Source: the human T2T-CHM13v2.0 reference genome, Homo sapiens. From it: DNA of 64,000 nt. Numbering within the stretch: position 1 is the stretch's first letter; every line of letters begins with the position of its first letter. This document shows, piece after piece, positions 25,619 through 38,893 of the stretch. Location: NCBI RefSeq assembly GCF_009914755.1, contig NC_060931.1. One strand, given 5' to 3'. Position numbers and translations under genes: made by a program. The notes under the pieces were generated by a model that searched no databases, was not told the DNA's origin, and saw only the letters and a list, made by a program, of their open reading frames with translations.

Positions 25619-26022
25619 TCCTAAGCATAGGTGGTAGGATTAGCCTTAAATTAAACAAGAAGAAAAAAAAATAAAGGATAGGCATAGAGAGACATGATAA
25701 TAACTGACAGAGAAGGGAATTAAGAGAATTTTCATCTCATTGATTTTGCAGTAAAAAAGAAGGTAAGCTCATCTGCTGAGAGAGATGTCAAAGCTGGTGG
25801 AGGTGGTGGAGTGGAAGGTTTGAAAAGACAGATGAAATGTTATAACAGTGGCAGAAGCAGATAGGAGATGAGGGGGCTTCCGAACACCTCCAGGCATTCT
25901 GGAAGTCATTGAGACTGAATGCACAGAAGTTTCAGGAACACCAAACCACAGAGTTGTTCTGTCTTACCCAGAAGTGTTCTTCACTGTAAAGTGTAGAAGA
26001 GAGAAGGTCAATTGTTTAGATA

Positions 26023-26145
26023 TAGCACTCCTGTCCAGTAGAACTTTCTGCAATCATGAAAAGTTTCTACAATCTGTACCGTGCAATCGAGTAGCCACTG
26101 GCCACGTGTGCTTATTGAACATTTGGAATGTGGCTATTGTGACTG
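26023..26145 (+). mobile_element. MER3 (hAT-Charlie) partial
   Basis: CTGTCCAGTAGAACTTTCTGCAATCATG...GTAGCCACTGGCCACGTGTG...TTGGAATGTGGCTA. Confidence 0.75.
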
Positions 26146-26921
26146 GCTGCACACTACACAGTGCACATCGGGCGATCCAGACTCAGATTCTGGCAGAGCA
26201 GGAGCTGAGAAAGGACAACAAAGAATGGGAGTAAGAGGAAAGGTCAGTAAAGAAACTGAGCTGTGCCCTCAGGAATCTGAACCAGGTGAAGAAAGAAGTG
26301 AAGCCAGAAAGCAACTGATAGTTTGTGAAAAATAGCATCATCCAGGAATCAGAGATATCGATGATGTGAAATGTAGGTATGTTGAGAGAGAGTGAGAGCT
26401 AATGGGCATTGGGTCTCAGAAAATGGAATGCTGAAGATTAAGATTTCAAAGGACAAACCATTGTGAATAGTGAAACAGCCCAGGGCATGGGCATAGGATG
26501 TGTTTCTTATGTGGAGTGGTTGTGAAAGTCTTTGGTGTTAAGGGATTCAAAGGTCTGTAAGAGAGGGTTGGCTGAATAAAAAACCTGGGGTAGATGTCTG
26601 GCACAGAGATGTATAATGTGATAGCCACAGCCTCAAGGCTGTTTTTAGATGAAGGTGGAAATACGATGAAGATGATGCTCTGTTAGTTATCATTGATCAA
26701 GCACTCATTTCTGCTACGCATGGAGCAAAGTGCTTGATATATGTGTAATACCCTTTCACCCTTCAAATAACAATTTGAAATAGGTTTTCTTATTATTGCT
26801 AATTACAGATGAAGCCACTGAGGTTTGGAAAGACCAGATAACTTGTCCAAGGATATACCCTGAAGCAATATCCTTGGAGCTAGGATTTCAATCCAAGCAG
26901 CTTGGCATGAAAGCTCATGCT

Positions 26922-27234
<313 letters not shown>

Positions 27235-29059
27235 TCATGCTGTCCAGCACTAAGCTCCATTGCTTTCTTCTTTTTTCTTTATATATTTCATGTTCTCATC
27301 TGAGCCTTCATACTTGGAGCAGCAGTGGTCAGCAGTAAGAGTCCTTAGTGGCTATCACCCACATCCATCCTCATCCATGTCTCCCAGATCAAGGAGCCGC
27401 AGGAAAACATGCATGCTTGCTAGGAGGTGGAATGTCCATGGAGGACTCCATGTCAGAGAAGTTAGCTGGTGGGCAAGCTTAGAGTGGAAACTGAGAGTTA
27501 TGGCAGCAGATTACAATGGAACAAGTGGGAAAGTAGGAAGGGATGCAGTAGGAGGAAGATGGTGGGGACACAGAGCCCACTGGATGAGATTCCTGGCAAG
27601 GAGAGTCCTTGGAAGGCCTTCATTTGGGATGGTGCAAAAGGCTGACAAGCTAATATTAATTGACCTTAAACTTTCATACTTAAAATATAATATATATGGC
27701 ATGCACAATACTCATATCTCATGCCATGAGAAACATTTAAGTATAATGCTTACATATATTAACAGATATTAGAATGGCACTAAACAGGAAACATTTTTAA
27801 ATTTAGGAGTGCCTGGTTAGCATAGTGGCATTCAACCGGTTCTTGCTACACCTGCTTCCATGAGAGTATTACACAAGATAAAAACTTCCAGAAGCACTGA
27901 GATAAGAGTGGGAATGAATCTTAATCTACATACACAGGTGGTCAGGATAGGTAATTTACTTTATTTTTCTGTGATTGCATTAAATTCCTACCTTGAGCCT
28001 TCAATTTGCCATATGCTAGTAAATAAGCCTCACTCTCTTTGAAGTCTTCACATTTTTTTCTGTACCTAAATTCAGGAATGGGGGAGGGTGGATGGAGTAG
28101 AACAGAGGGATGAGAGAGCTTGTCTAGTTTTTTCAGTCTTGAGCTAGAGAGTGTAACATGTGGCTTAGCACCTGTCTTCTCTTTGTCCACAGAGAACCTT
28201 TCTTCCTTCCTGGTCTAGGCAGATCAGAGCCAACTTGTTCCTCATTGATAACTGTGAGGCCTTTTATTATAATATTTTTCAAGTTCTGGTCAGTATAATA
28301 AGGCAAAAAAATAAAAATAATGAGCAAAACGCAACAAAGTGGTGACAAAATTATCTTTGTTAGTAGATGGTGTGAGTGTGCTACAGGTATAATTTTTCAG
28401 TGCACAAATTCATAGCAAAATATGTGACATTTCTTCAGTTCTGAAATCAACACACATCAGTGGGAAGTCAAATCTCTCTTATGGTTTTTTGCCCTCCCCC
28501 CATTCTAAAGTTTCCTGGTCTTGGCAAAGGAAAGTTCCTCTGTTCATGGGTCCCCACTGGCTAGTGCTGGGGTGCCGGTGCTCTCCGAGAGGTCCCACAA
28601 GGACTGAGACCTTGCTGCTCTCCTAGGTACTGCCCAGCCGCCTGCAAATCTCCACTGCTCCTGTGAGGGGTGTGCCAGCCTCTCACCCACCACTTCCTCT
28701 CCTCCCTTGGCCATGTCCAGTTCATTTTCCTTTCTGCGCTGCATGTGCCAGATACCCACCATTGCCTGTTCCAAATTTAGTAAGAGTCTGCCCTGCAGAA
28801 GCATCTGAGGCAAAGATATACAAAGCCCTGGCTTTCTACCTTTCATACAAGAAAAAGAACAATACAAAAGATAAACACAAACCAATATTAAAACAAATTG
28901 TATTCACCATTGTGTGACCACAACAAACCCTAACTATGTTAATTTACAAACTTATGTTAAAAGTTCAGCCAGATAACAGAACACAAATATTTAGAAAATA
29001 TATAACATTTTATAGGACAAAATAATATACAATGTCTAGAAATTATTTTAGAAGATAGT

Positions 29060-29220
29060 TGTTTCTCTACTCTCCATTTTATAGATGAAAGAAAAAGTGC
29101 ATAAACAGAGTGATTAGTCCAACTTCATGCACCTATACAGTGGCAGAGCTAGACGACAAACCCAAGTCTATCCAGTTCCAAACTCCATGCATTCAATCAC
29201 TACAGCATACTGCCATCATA
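29060..29220 (-). mobile_element. MIR
   Basis: CTCCATTTTATAGATGAA...AGTGGCAGAGCTAG...CCCAAGTCT. Confidence 0.65.
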
Positions 29221-31320
29221 AAGTGATATATTCCAGTATTATGTTATAGTGATTGGGTGATATATGGAGAGTTATGTATATATCTCTCTCCTGCATTTGT
29301 TGAGCATGTACTATGTGTCAGGCACTTGCTAAAGACTCTTCAAACGTGATATCTTTTAATTCTACAGTATCCACTCACATAGGTATTATTAATCCATTTT
29401 GCATCTGAGACAGATGAAGAATGTGATGAACTAATTCTTCATTCATTCTTCAACTGTAATCTGGTGTGTGCCAAGAATGCCATTAAAATTGTTCTGACAA
29501 ATGTTACCAATAATCCTCTCTACAGAACATTTCAGTGTTCTCTTTTTGAGTGATTGCATCTACTTCCTGGTTTCAACTGATAATATTGGTGATTCCCAAT
29601 CTCCCTCTGGCAACATCTTTTATCTGAGCTTCAGACTCATACAAACAACCATATATTGATTTTATCCATTCAGGTGTCTTTTAGGCACCTTCAACTCAGC
29701 ATGTTAAAATTTAACCAACTTCTTTCTCCCTAAACAAGCTCCTACTTTTGAATTTTGATCTGTTATTGGTGTCCAATCACCCAAGAGTTCTTTCCTGACT
29801 ACTTTCTTTTCAGTCCGCACAACTGAATGCAATCAATAACCTCATCATAACCGTTTACCTTATATGTAGTTTTAAAGGATGATAAAACAGGACATTGTAG
29901 GTTAGGACCTTAGCCCAGGTTCTAGCACGATGAAAACTCTCAAGAAATGTTGGCTATTGTTTTTGCTAATATATAAGCAATGACAATAGCCACTACCACA
30001 ACAGAGACACACTGACTGTGCCACTGCAGACCACGGCTGTTAATTAGACGCTGGATCTTTTTAATTAATGTCCCTATTGTGTCCTTTTTTTTTTCTTTTT
30101 TTCTTTCATATTTCCATATCTTTGCTCTGTGTTTAATGAGACTTCTTCAACTTAAACTTCTATCCTTCCTTTTACTTTTGTTTTAACTAATATTTTTAAT
30201 TTGTAAAAACATTTCAATTGCTGTTTCCTTCCTGTCTTTGGGTTTAAGTTCTTTTAAAATATTTCTAAGAACATTTTTTCAACGTGCCCTTAGAAAAGAC
30301 ACTTTCTGTTTTGTGCTCTGAATAATTTCTGTTTTCCATATCATCTATTTTTTTGTTTGTTCACCTTTCATAACTTTGGTTTTCCTCATGCCTAGTGATT
30401 CTAGCTTGTCCCTTTGTATTCAAGATGGAATATGTTAATTATTATAATGGGCATGTTAATTACCAGAGCTAGAGTGAGTGCCTTTTGCTGTTGTCTAAGT
30501 GGTTTGTTTCCTGTCATCTAATTCTTGATAGGAAACATGAGTAGGTGATGTTGTTTGGTTTATTTCTCTTTATCTTGAACTCTATGCCTAGAAGAGCATC
30601 TGGCACATAATAAGGACTCCCAAAATAAAAGCACATTGTTATTGAAGGGCTTTTCCTATTGTAGTTGACAAGATTGTTAGTGGAATCTAAAGAGACTTCT
30701 AATGAAACATAGGCACTAACCTAATCCCAGGAAAGAAAGAGGAATGTATTTTAAGCGTGGTCAACCCTTCAAGCCAATGTTCTTTTATTTTCTCCTGCTT
30801 TTATTACAGAAACTTCCCAAAATCAAATTAAAACAGAAAGGGGCAATGCTGATCTGATAGCTCACACCCTCTGCATTGAGAATTAGATATGAATCCTGAT
30901 TCCATTTATATTAGTGAGATCCTGAGATACATCCCTTAACCCTCTAAATCTTAGTTTCTCTAAATACAGAGGCTGTAAATCTTATCTGCTTGCTTCTCAG
31001 GGTTTTGTGGGAATTTAAGTAAATAGTTTATACTTCAGTCATCTTAGAAACAATTCATTTTACAAATACAGTTTACCAGGCTTCATTTTTAAACTCATAA
31101 TTGTACCATAGCCTATGTTTACAAGAGTTCCTTCAAAAAAGCCTGTGATAACACATTGTGTTAACTGGCACATACCAGGGAATGTGTTCCTGGGTTGTCA
31201 GACATGAATCAAGACTTGATTAAATCAAATTCTCAGGTAATAATCTTTTAATCTTAGCACTCTATTGATGTCACCCCTCTATGACCTTCTGTTTGCTTCT
31301 GGAGAAGTCTAAAGTCAGCC

Positions 31321-31323
<3 letters not shown>

Positions 31324-31357
<34 letters not shown>
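31324..31357 (+). repeat. Poly(T)34 within an old L1M-like region (about 31250-32050)
   Basis: Direct reading. Confidence 0.9.
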
Positions 31358-31361
<4 letters not shown>

Positions 31362-32572
31362 CTCTCAAAGTTAGCTTGTTACTGTCTTTTTAAATTTTCT
31401 TCGTGGATACTTCTCAGCTCTATTTTATTTTGTTTTTATTTCTCTTCATAATTCAAAAACTCACCATGGTGGAATGATATGGGATATTTTCTATTAACAT
31501 TTCCTGAAACATGTTTAGCCCTTTTCAGTCTGCACACTTTGGTGGTTTCTTTTAGCTCAAGAAAGTTTTCTTACAATTAGTCTGGTTTCCTCTCCAATTC
31601 CTAGTTTGGCTTTCCATTTTGTGAACCCTATATCTTTCCTCTGTGAGTATTCGACTGTTGGTATATTTCCTCTTTTTACTGGAAGAGCTACTGAAGTGTA
31701 TCACTCTCATCTGTGTGGAATTTTATTCAATACCCATCCTGTCCTTTATAATCTCTAGTACAGATTTTAATTCTGCAATTGCCAATTTTTTATCCTTTTT
31801 ATCTCACTTGGCCCTTTTTTATCCTGGATTTCTTTCTAAATTATTCCACTGCTTTTAATCTTATCATTCTCTCTTTTTCAGGCCACTTTTTCTTGGACTG
31901 CTTCAGGGTATCAGATTTCTACAATGTCCTTCTATTAGTAAATAACTTTAAGAAGAATGCTTTTCCACTGAATGCTAAATAACCTGGACACTTCTCTTTT
32001 TCAAACATATAGTTCTTTCATTGTTGTTTTTTTTTTTCTTTTTTGCTTTTCATCTGGAAAGAGAGCCATTCATACTTGATGTTTGCAATTAGACAGATAA
32101 TACAGATTCTTTGGCTTTGTTTTCTGACTTTTGTAACCTGGTAAAATACCCTGGAAGGAAGGTAATTAGTAACTCCTAGAATCTGTTAAGCATTCTTCTT
32201 AGGATCATTGATTTTCTGATATTCTACATCAGTGGTATACATGGAAACCTACAATTTCCAAGACACACTTCTATAGAGGTGCTTCCATTTCTTACCCTAA
32301 AGGAAGGCTTCACTAAGGGGTGGTGATTTCAAGATTTAATGTGTCAGTATTCCCTTGTTTTCTGGAAGTGACAGCCCCAAGATTGATGCAGAAAGTAACA
32401 GGGGTAGAAAAGAGGGGAGAGAGGGAAAAAGGCAATGTTATAGCCCATTTGGAAAGTCCTCTCTGTGCAGTGAAAGTGGGGAAAGGATGACTAGTTTTAG
32501 TTAAGAGTCAAAAATCAGGAGGAAGGATAGTTGTTTTCCCTTCTTTAATATTTAAAATTTTTAACTTCAATT

Positions 32573-32908
<336 letters not shown>

Positions 32909-35900
32909 TAATGAGTCAATGCATAAGTTAGCCAGTCAGGCCCCAGGAAATCAGAGTTAATGAAAATATCTCCCAAATTATCAGTTTGGTTGTTTGGTTA
33001 TTTAAGGTAACCAAAAAGGGGAACTAGAAGGATGGCTTTTCTGTGAAATAATGAGACAATTCTATGTTTCTGTCTTTTACCCCTGCCATAGTTCTAAGGA
33101 AAAGCAGGTCATGAGGAAGGTTTTTATGGAGCATTTTGACAAACTACTTTTCCTCCTTCTAATACATGATAAGATTCTGGACAAGAACAAAGGCCTAGAC
33201 TTTTCATAGCTTTCTCTGTCTCACATGCACCTTTCCAGCCCATTCCCCTTTATTCATACCATTCTCTGTTAGCCCTCCTGTTTCAATTCAAAATGAGGCA
33301 GAATACATCAACGCTTAGTGGTTATTCCCAATCACAATCTTCTCTATCAAATAAGAAAAATGATGTGTCTGACTAATAATGTTTAAAACACAATAGCAAA
33401 AATTCCACATAGAATTCTAACTAAACTGTTAGAGTTACCATTAATTATCACAGCAATTATTAATGTTTTCATGTTCATAACCAGCCTGAGACTCAGTTTT
33501 CTGAGCAGAAGGCATCTCAGAGTTTGTAAACTTGCCACAAAGTCACAGACTCTGACCGCCAGCAGGGTCCTCGTGAGTCATGAGTTCCGCCATGGCCCAG
33601 AGCTGCCAAAATGCCGTTCTTCCCCACACTTTTCCACAGGAACTGGGGGTGCCTCAGCCTTTGGAAAGCTACCTTGTACTCTATCCACACTCAATAAACG
33701 CTGCTTAATAATGACAATGAGAATAAGTGTTCCATCTCACTTTTCTCCGGAACACCTCTATTTAGGGAGCCACAAATATTTCCCCAAGTCATTTATTCCA
33801 TTGCCCGATTGGCTGCACAGTCAAAAAAATTTTCCTACGGTCTCCCCTGAATGTTTCCATTTTCTTTTTGCAGCTCAGCCCGTTCCCCCTTGTCTTGTGC
33901 ATGGATACTACCCTAAACTATGTTGGTGGTTAGGAAGTCATGCTGGGAAGACGTTGCCTCAAATTTCTTGTTTCCAGGTAGTCAAGTCCAAGAATATGTT
34001 CCTGGATTCTAGGTATAAGCTGAGCTTGATTTGCAACCATTCATTATGAGAAAAAGAAAATTCTTTACTTATTTATTTTTAAATGTTGGAAACTCTGCCA
34101 AGGCAGAGGACTGGGGAGCTGCAGAGTTGTGTAGAGCAGCCAGGGGCAGAGGCTGCCCAACTGTGGTTGCAGGATGGCCGCTGTCCCTGCTAGTAACTGA
34201 GGGATCTGCAGGAATGATTAGCTGAATTTCCAAAGCCCCTTCCTCCCAGGGTGTGCTCCTCAGAGTCCAACTACAGTGTCATGTGTCTGTGCACATGAGC
34301 CCACAGAGATGGGTGTAAGTGTATACAGCTTTGTGTGTGTAAATACAATACATCAGCAATTTCTGTTTCAGAGAGGCACTAAAATGTCAGTTAGGATCTG
34401 TTTTATCCAGTAGCTCCTGTGCTTACTTCCCCAGCATGAGTCCTTCCTCTTAGAACTGTGAGCAGGATCAGCCTTAAGAGATGTCTGAGTTACAAACTAT
34501 TCACCTTTGACACGACCCCAAATGCCCTCCCTTCCCAAAGCAACTACCTCACTGCAAGAAATATTTGCTAAAAAATTTCACTCTTCTAGGTTTGAGGCGT
34601 GATCTCTCAACCTGATAGTAAACCTGATATTAAAATTCAGAGATATTCCTATTGATCTGTATTAACTCCTGTGGTAGAGGCTAGGAATACAGCCCTGAAT
34701 AAAACAGCCAACCTCCCCTTTTTTTGCAGGAAGAAGGCAGACATTAACAGAACAGGGAGCTCGTGGAGTCAGCACTCCTGGAGACAAGACAGCCAGATTT
34801 TCCTTAAAAAGTGACCCAAGGGCTGAAAACCAAAGGAGAAGTAGGATTTTTCTCAACAACAACATCTTGAGGTCATAATAATAAGTAAAAAACAATGCAC
34901 TGAATGTGATTAAAGCTTATATTTTTCCATAGTAATTACAACAAATATGATCTAGTCTGAGTTTGACACCAACCCCTCCCTCCCACTGCCACTACCATGT
35001 AGCCAGTGGGGTTGTAATCGTAGTTCCCACTCCACAGGCTTTGAGAAGGCTTCAGTGAATTACCCATGGTCACACAGCTACTCAGTAAAAGAATATGAAA
35101 TAATAAATGAGCCTTCCAATTCCAACTCCAGGAAACTTCTGAGCACAGCCTTCAGAGAAATTGGCTGGGGAGTAGAGGTAAGAGGAGAGATTAATCTAAC
35201 CTCAGATGCCCAACTTCAGCAGTGGAACTCGGTTTTATAAATAAATGCAGGTTTAAAAAAAAAAAAGCAGTATAATGGAAAGGCTTCAGAGACATATCCA
35301 AGCTCAAATCCCAGCTCTGCCAGTGATTAGCTCTAACCTTGGGCAAATAATTCAACCCAACTATAATATGTGACTCCTTCCAAGCCAGCAGGAAGATTAA
35401 ATGAGCTACTAGAAGACAGAGGACCAGTACCTGATACCTTACATGTTCTAAAAAGTATGTCTTCTTTCTCCTGTTATCCAAGAAAAGAAGTAAAGCAAAA
35501 ATAATGTCCCTTCACACGAGAGGCACTAGAAAAAATACTCCAAATGGCCAACCAGCTGTGGAGCCCTCAGGACCAAGAGGGGGGTGCAAATATTAATAAT
35601 ACTGGGAGGCAGGAGGGCACCCATGGATGATGCCTGCTCTCCCCCGATTCAGCTCCGGGACCCAAGGAGTCATTCCCAGTACAGCAGAAGGAAACCTAGA
35701 TAGGGTCTGTTCTAGAGGAAACAGGAGGCAAAAAATAAGGAAGAGAAATTGGGCAAGTAAATGAAATACTTCGATGTAGGACCCTCTTCTGTGCTCTTCC
35801 TTGATACCTTGGCTCTGTTTGCACCTCATATGCCCTGTGACCTATGTATGTCACTGCCATGATTGTCCTTTTTGACAGATAAAAAGATTAAAGGCAGATT

Positions 35901-36339
35901 TAGGTCCCTCCCAGAGTACATGTTTATCTCAACATGAAGTGCATTTCTGGTTAAATTTCTGCTTCCAGTTTGCTCTCCTCCATACACTTTTTTGCTCCAA
36001 CTTTAACTGGTGCTACTTTGTAATAATTTATGTTCCTTTATAAGACTCCTGAAATCTCTTTATGAAAAGATAGGTATAAGTGAAGAAATGCAAGGCAAAT
36101 AAGTAAACATTAGATTTAAAAAGTTGTTTTTAACATTCCCACTTGCCAGCCCTCAGGCTGTTTCTAAATCCAGCTTCTGAAGCTCTAAGCGTCTACTATT
36201 GTTCAGGGCTGTTATGGCATTCCAAGCAAAGTTTCCTTTAAATAAGAAAACCCTATGAAAATGCCCAAGTTAAAACCAACAATCAAGATTTTGTCCTTAG
36301 ATTGTCACTGCTGCCCTGCGTTGGGCCTTCACTGCAGCA

Positions 36340-36770
36340 AGGTGTGGGTCATTGTTAGCTGCTTTACTTCAGAATCATCCTCAGCCCCATTCTTCCGGGG
36401 CCACCTCTTCCATAAAGGCTGGAAAAATAAAATGCACATTTTCCCAGCTTTCTCTGTAGGTAGCAAGCCCATGTGACTTAGTTCTGGCCAATGAGGCCCA
36501 TCGTTTCCTGATAAAAGTATAGAAGGTGCCAGCAATTTTCTTTTTCTCCTGACTTGGACACAGATGAGATGGCTAGAGCTGCAGCAGCCATCTTTTGACA
36601 CTGAGGCAATAAGCCATCATGCTGAGAATGACAGAGCAAAAAGATAAACAGAGCAGCTTTTGGACTGTCTGGCTCCAAGTGTATTGTTAACTGAGACATG
36701 TAAGCCTCTGCTTGGCTAAGTTAGTATTAGCCAAGTTTTCTATTCCTTGAAGCCAAAAGGTTTCTCAACT
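36340..36770. mobile_element. Ancient ERVL/MaLR-type LTR (MLT1/LTR33-like)
   Basis: CCATGTGACTTAGTTCTGGCCAATGAG and GCTAGAGCTGCAGCAGCCATCTT motifs. Confidence 0.65.
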
Positions 36771-36771
36771 A

Positions 36772-36862
36772 AGATAGATGTAAATATAGATAGAGATTAG
36801 GTATAGATATAGATGTAGACATAGATATAGATATAGTTATCAATAGATAGATTTATCTCTAG
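36772..36862 (+). repeat. Degenerate (TAGA/TAGATA)n
   Basis: Direct reading. Confidence 0.8.
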
Positions 36863-38384
36863 AAAACCATTCTTTTTCAATACAGGCATGTATAAGAAAA
36901 TACAGCTTAATTACTCTACACAGAATGAATTGATAGACTAAATTGTCATCTGAACCCAAATGTACATGCGTAGTGTCTCCAGGTTATTTTCTTTAACATG
37001 TTCTACAAAATAGCACATCTAAATCCATAGCAATAATAGGGAGACAGACACAACAAATTCCATGCCAACTCATTTTCCCTGAAGATACAATTTAACTACA
37101 TGTGAATAATGATCCCCAAATCTAGAAAAAGTCTTGAGTAAGATGAGGTTAAAGTATGAGAACAAGGGAGAACCTCAGATTACTCTAAGAATAAATAGCT
37201 TTCAGTCCCAAAGCAATCACTCTCTATGTCAAACAAGAATTAGGAATGCGTTCTTATTTTTGACTGCCATTCTCAAAGCCCCAGTAGATTGATGATGTAA
37301 ACAACTTGGAAGGCTTTTTTTATCCAAACGACTCCTGGTTAAGCCAGACTGGCTGACCCCCATGTCCATCAGTTGCTCCGTCCCCTTCTCTCTATTTGTT
37401 CCCTCAACTGTGGATGCTTTCTCCCGCTTACACTGTCCTGGCGCTGAATTTCTGGATCCACTTCCCAACTGACATCCACCTCTGCCCTGCTTCTCTGACT
37501 GTTGAGAACATCCTGATTCACCTTCTGGTATTTTGGACCTCAGCTCTCTTCTAATTTATGAGTTCGGTTACTCTTCCAGTGTGACAGTCTCCTAGAACAA
37601 ATTGCAGTACCAGCTCAGCTGGACTGAAATGAGGAAGAACTCCAGCCCAACTCCAGAAGAAAAGCTCCATTTCCCCTCCACCCCCAGTAACAGGATTTCA
37701 GACAAAGACAGTGAAGCCAGAGGTGAAAGGGTAAAGAATAGAAGCCATGTCACTTTGCCCCTGGTCATAAATTGCCTCTGTTTTCATCTGTGGAACCATC
37801 CTCGTGGAGGTAAGGGAAGACAGCGTACCATGCTGGACACAGGCGAGACCATCGTGAATTGAAGCAGTTTCCTGAAATGGAAACATGAGGACATATATGG
37901 TAAAGGGAGGCTTCTCGGTCTTTTCTGAAGGAAATTATCCAACCACAGGGACAGAAAAAAACTGGTTATATGAAGTTGAACTTTTGATCATGATGAGTTT
38001 TAGAAGCAACCCTATGTTCCTCTCCCTTCCTATGCCATCGCCACTTAGCGAGGCTCTAGCAGTGATGATAGTTCAACTCTCCCCATAATTGATATCACGG
38101 AATGTCATTAATTACAGGGATTGGGATTCAATAAAGTTAAAGCAGGCTTAGTAGATCCTGCTTGAGGAATTTAACATGTGGGGCCTTGTATGTGCTCCTA
38201 AGTATTTTGACCAAACTGCGAATATGTTCTAAAAAGGACAGTTTCCAAACTGTGCAGCAAAGAGGGCAGAGTTTACCTGATGGAACTGTGTTAGTTAGAT
38301 AGAAACACTTGTCATTAGGGGTATGAATGAGTATATCTGTGTATATGTTTCCATGCAAATAGAGATTGGGAAGGAACCACAGCC

Positions 38385-38893
38385 ACCTGCCACCACCCTT
38401 TCCTCACTGAACCCTGATTTTGTTCATGCTCACCTTGTATGGCAGGGCAGTCTGGAACTCTTTCCTGCCACAGGGGGAGAATGTTGATTGATCCAGGCTA
38501 ACTATGGTAATTCTATATCCTAGACAAGTGGTTCACCCAGGAATGGGCAGTTTGCACAATTCTGGCCAATGAGGTGAAGTCTGGAACTTCTGGAGTAGTG
38601 TTTCCAGCCCTTAAGAAAATGAAAATAAGAAAAATACCAATTTTTCTGTCTCTAAATGTCACTGTGTGAGGATATGATACTGGGAACAGCCATCTTGTGA
38701 TCTGGAAGCAAAAGCCAAGATGATTGCAGAGATGGTTGACATCACTGAGCTCCTTACTGAACTTCCCTGGAATTTCCTGGTGCCTAGACTTCCTGTTGGG
38801 TAAGATCAGATGCACCTTTATTTATTAAGCCACTTTTAGCTAGGTTTTTTTTTGTTGTTGTTGCTTGCAGCAGAATGCATCCTAGGCGATACA
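38385..38893. mobile_element. Ancient MaLR/ERVL-type LTR (MLT1-like)
   Basis: ACAATTCTGGCCAATGAG, CAGCCATCTTGTGATC, TTAAGCCACTTTTAG...TTGCAGCAGAATGCATCCTA...GATACA. Confidence 0.65.

Noticed and set aside
27260-27772. 170-aa ORF
   Set aside because: Non-ATG start next to Alu/MIR; no coding signature.
33471-34049. 192-aa ATG ORF
   Set aside because: No recognisable homology or splice context, and composition looks non-coding; it would need Ribo-seq/PhyloCSF support.
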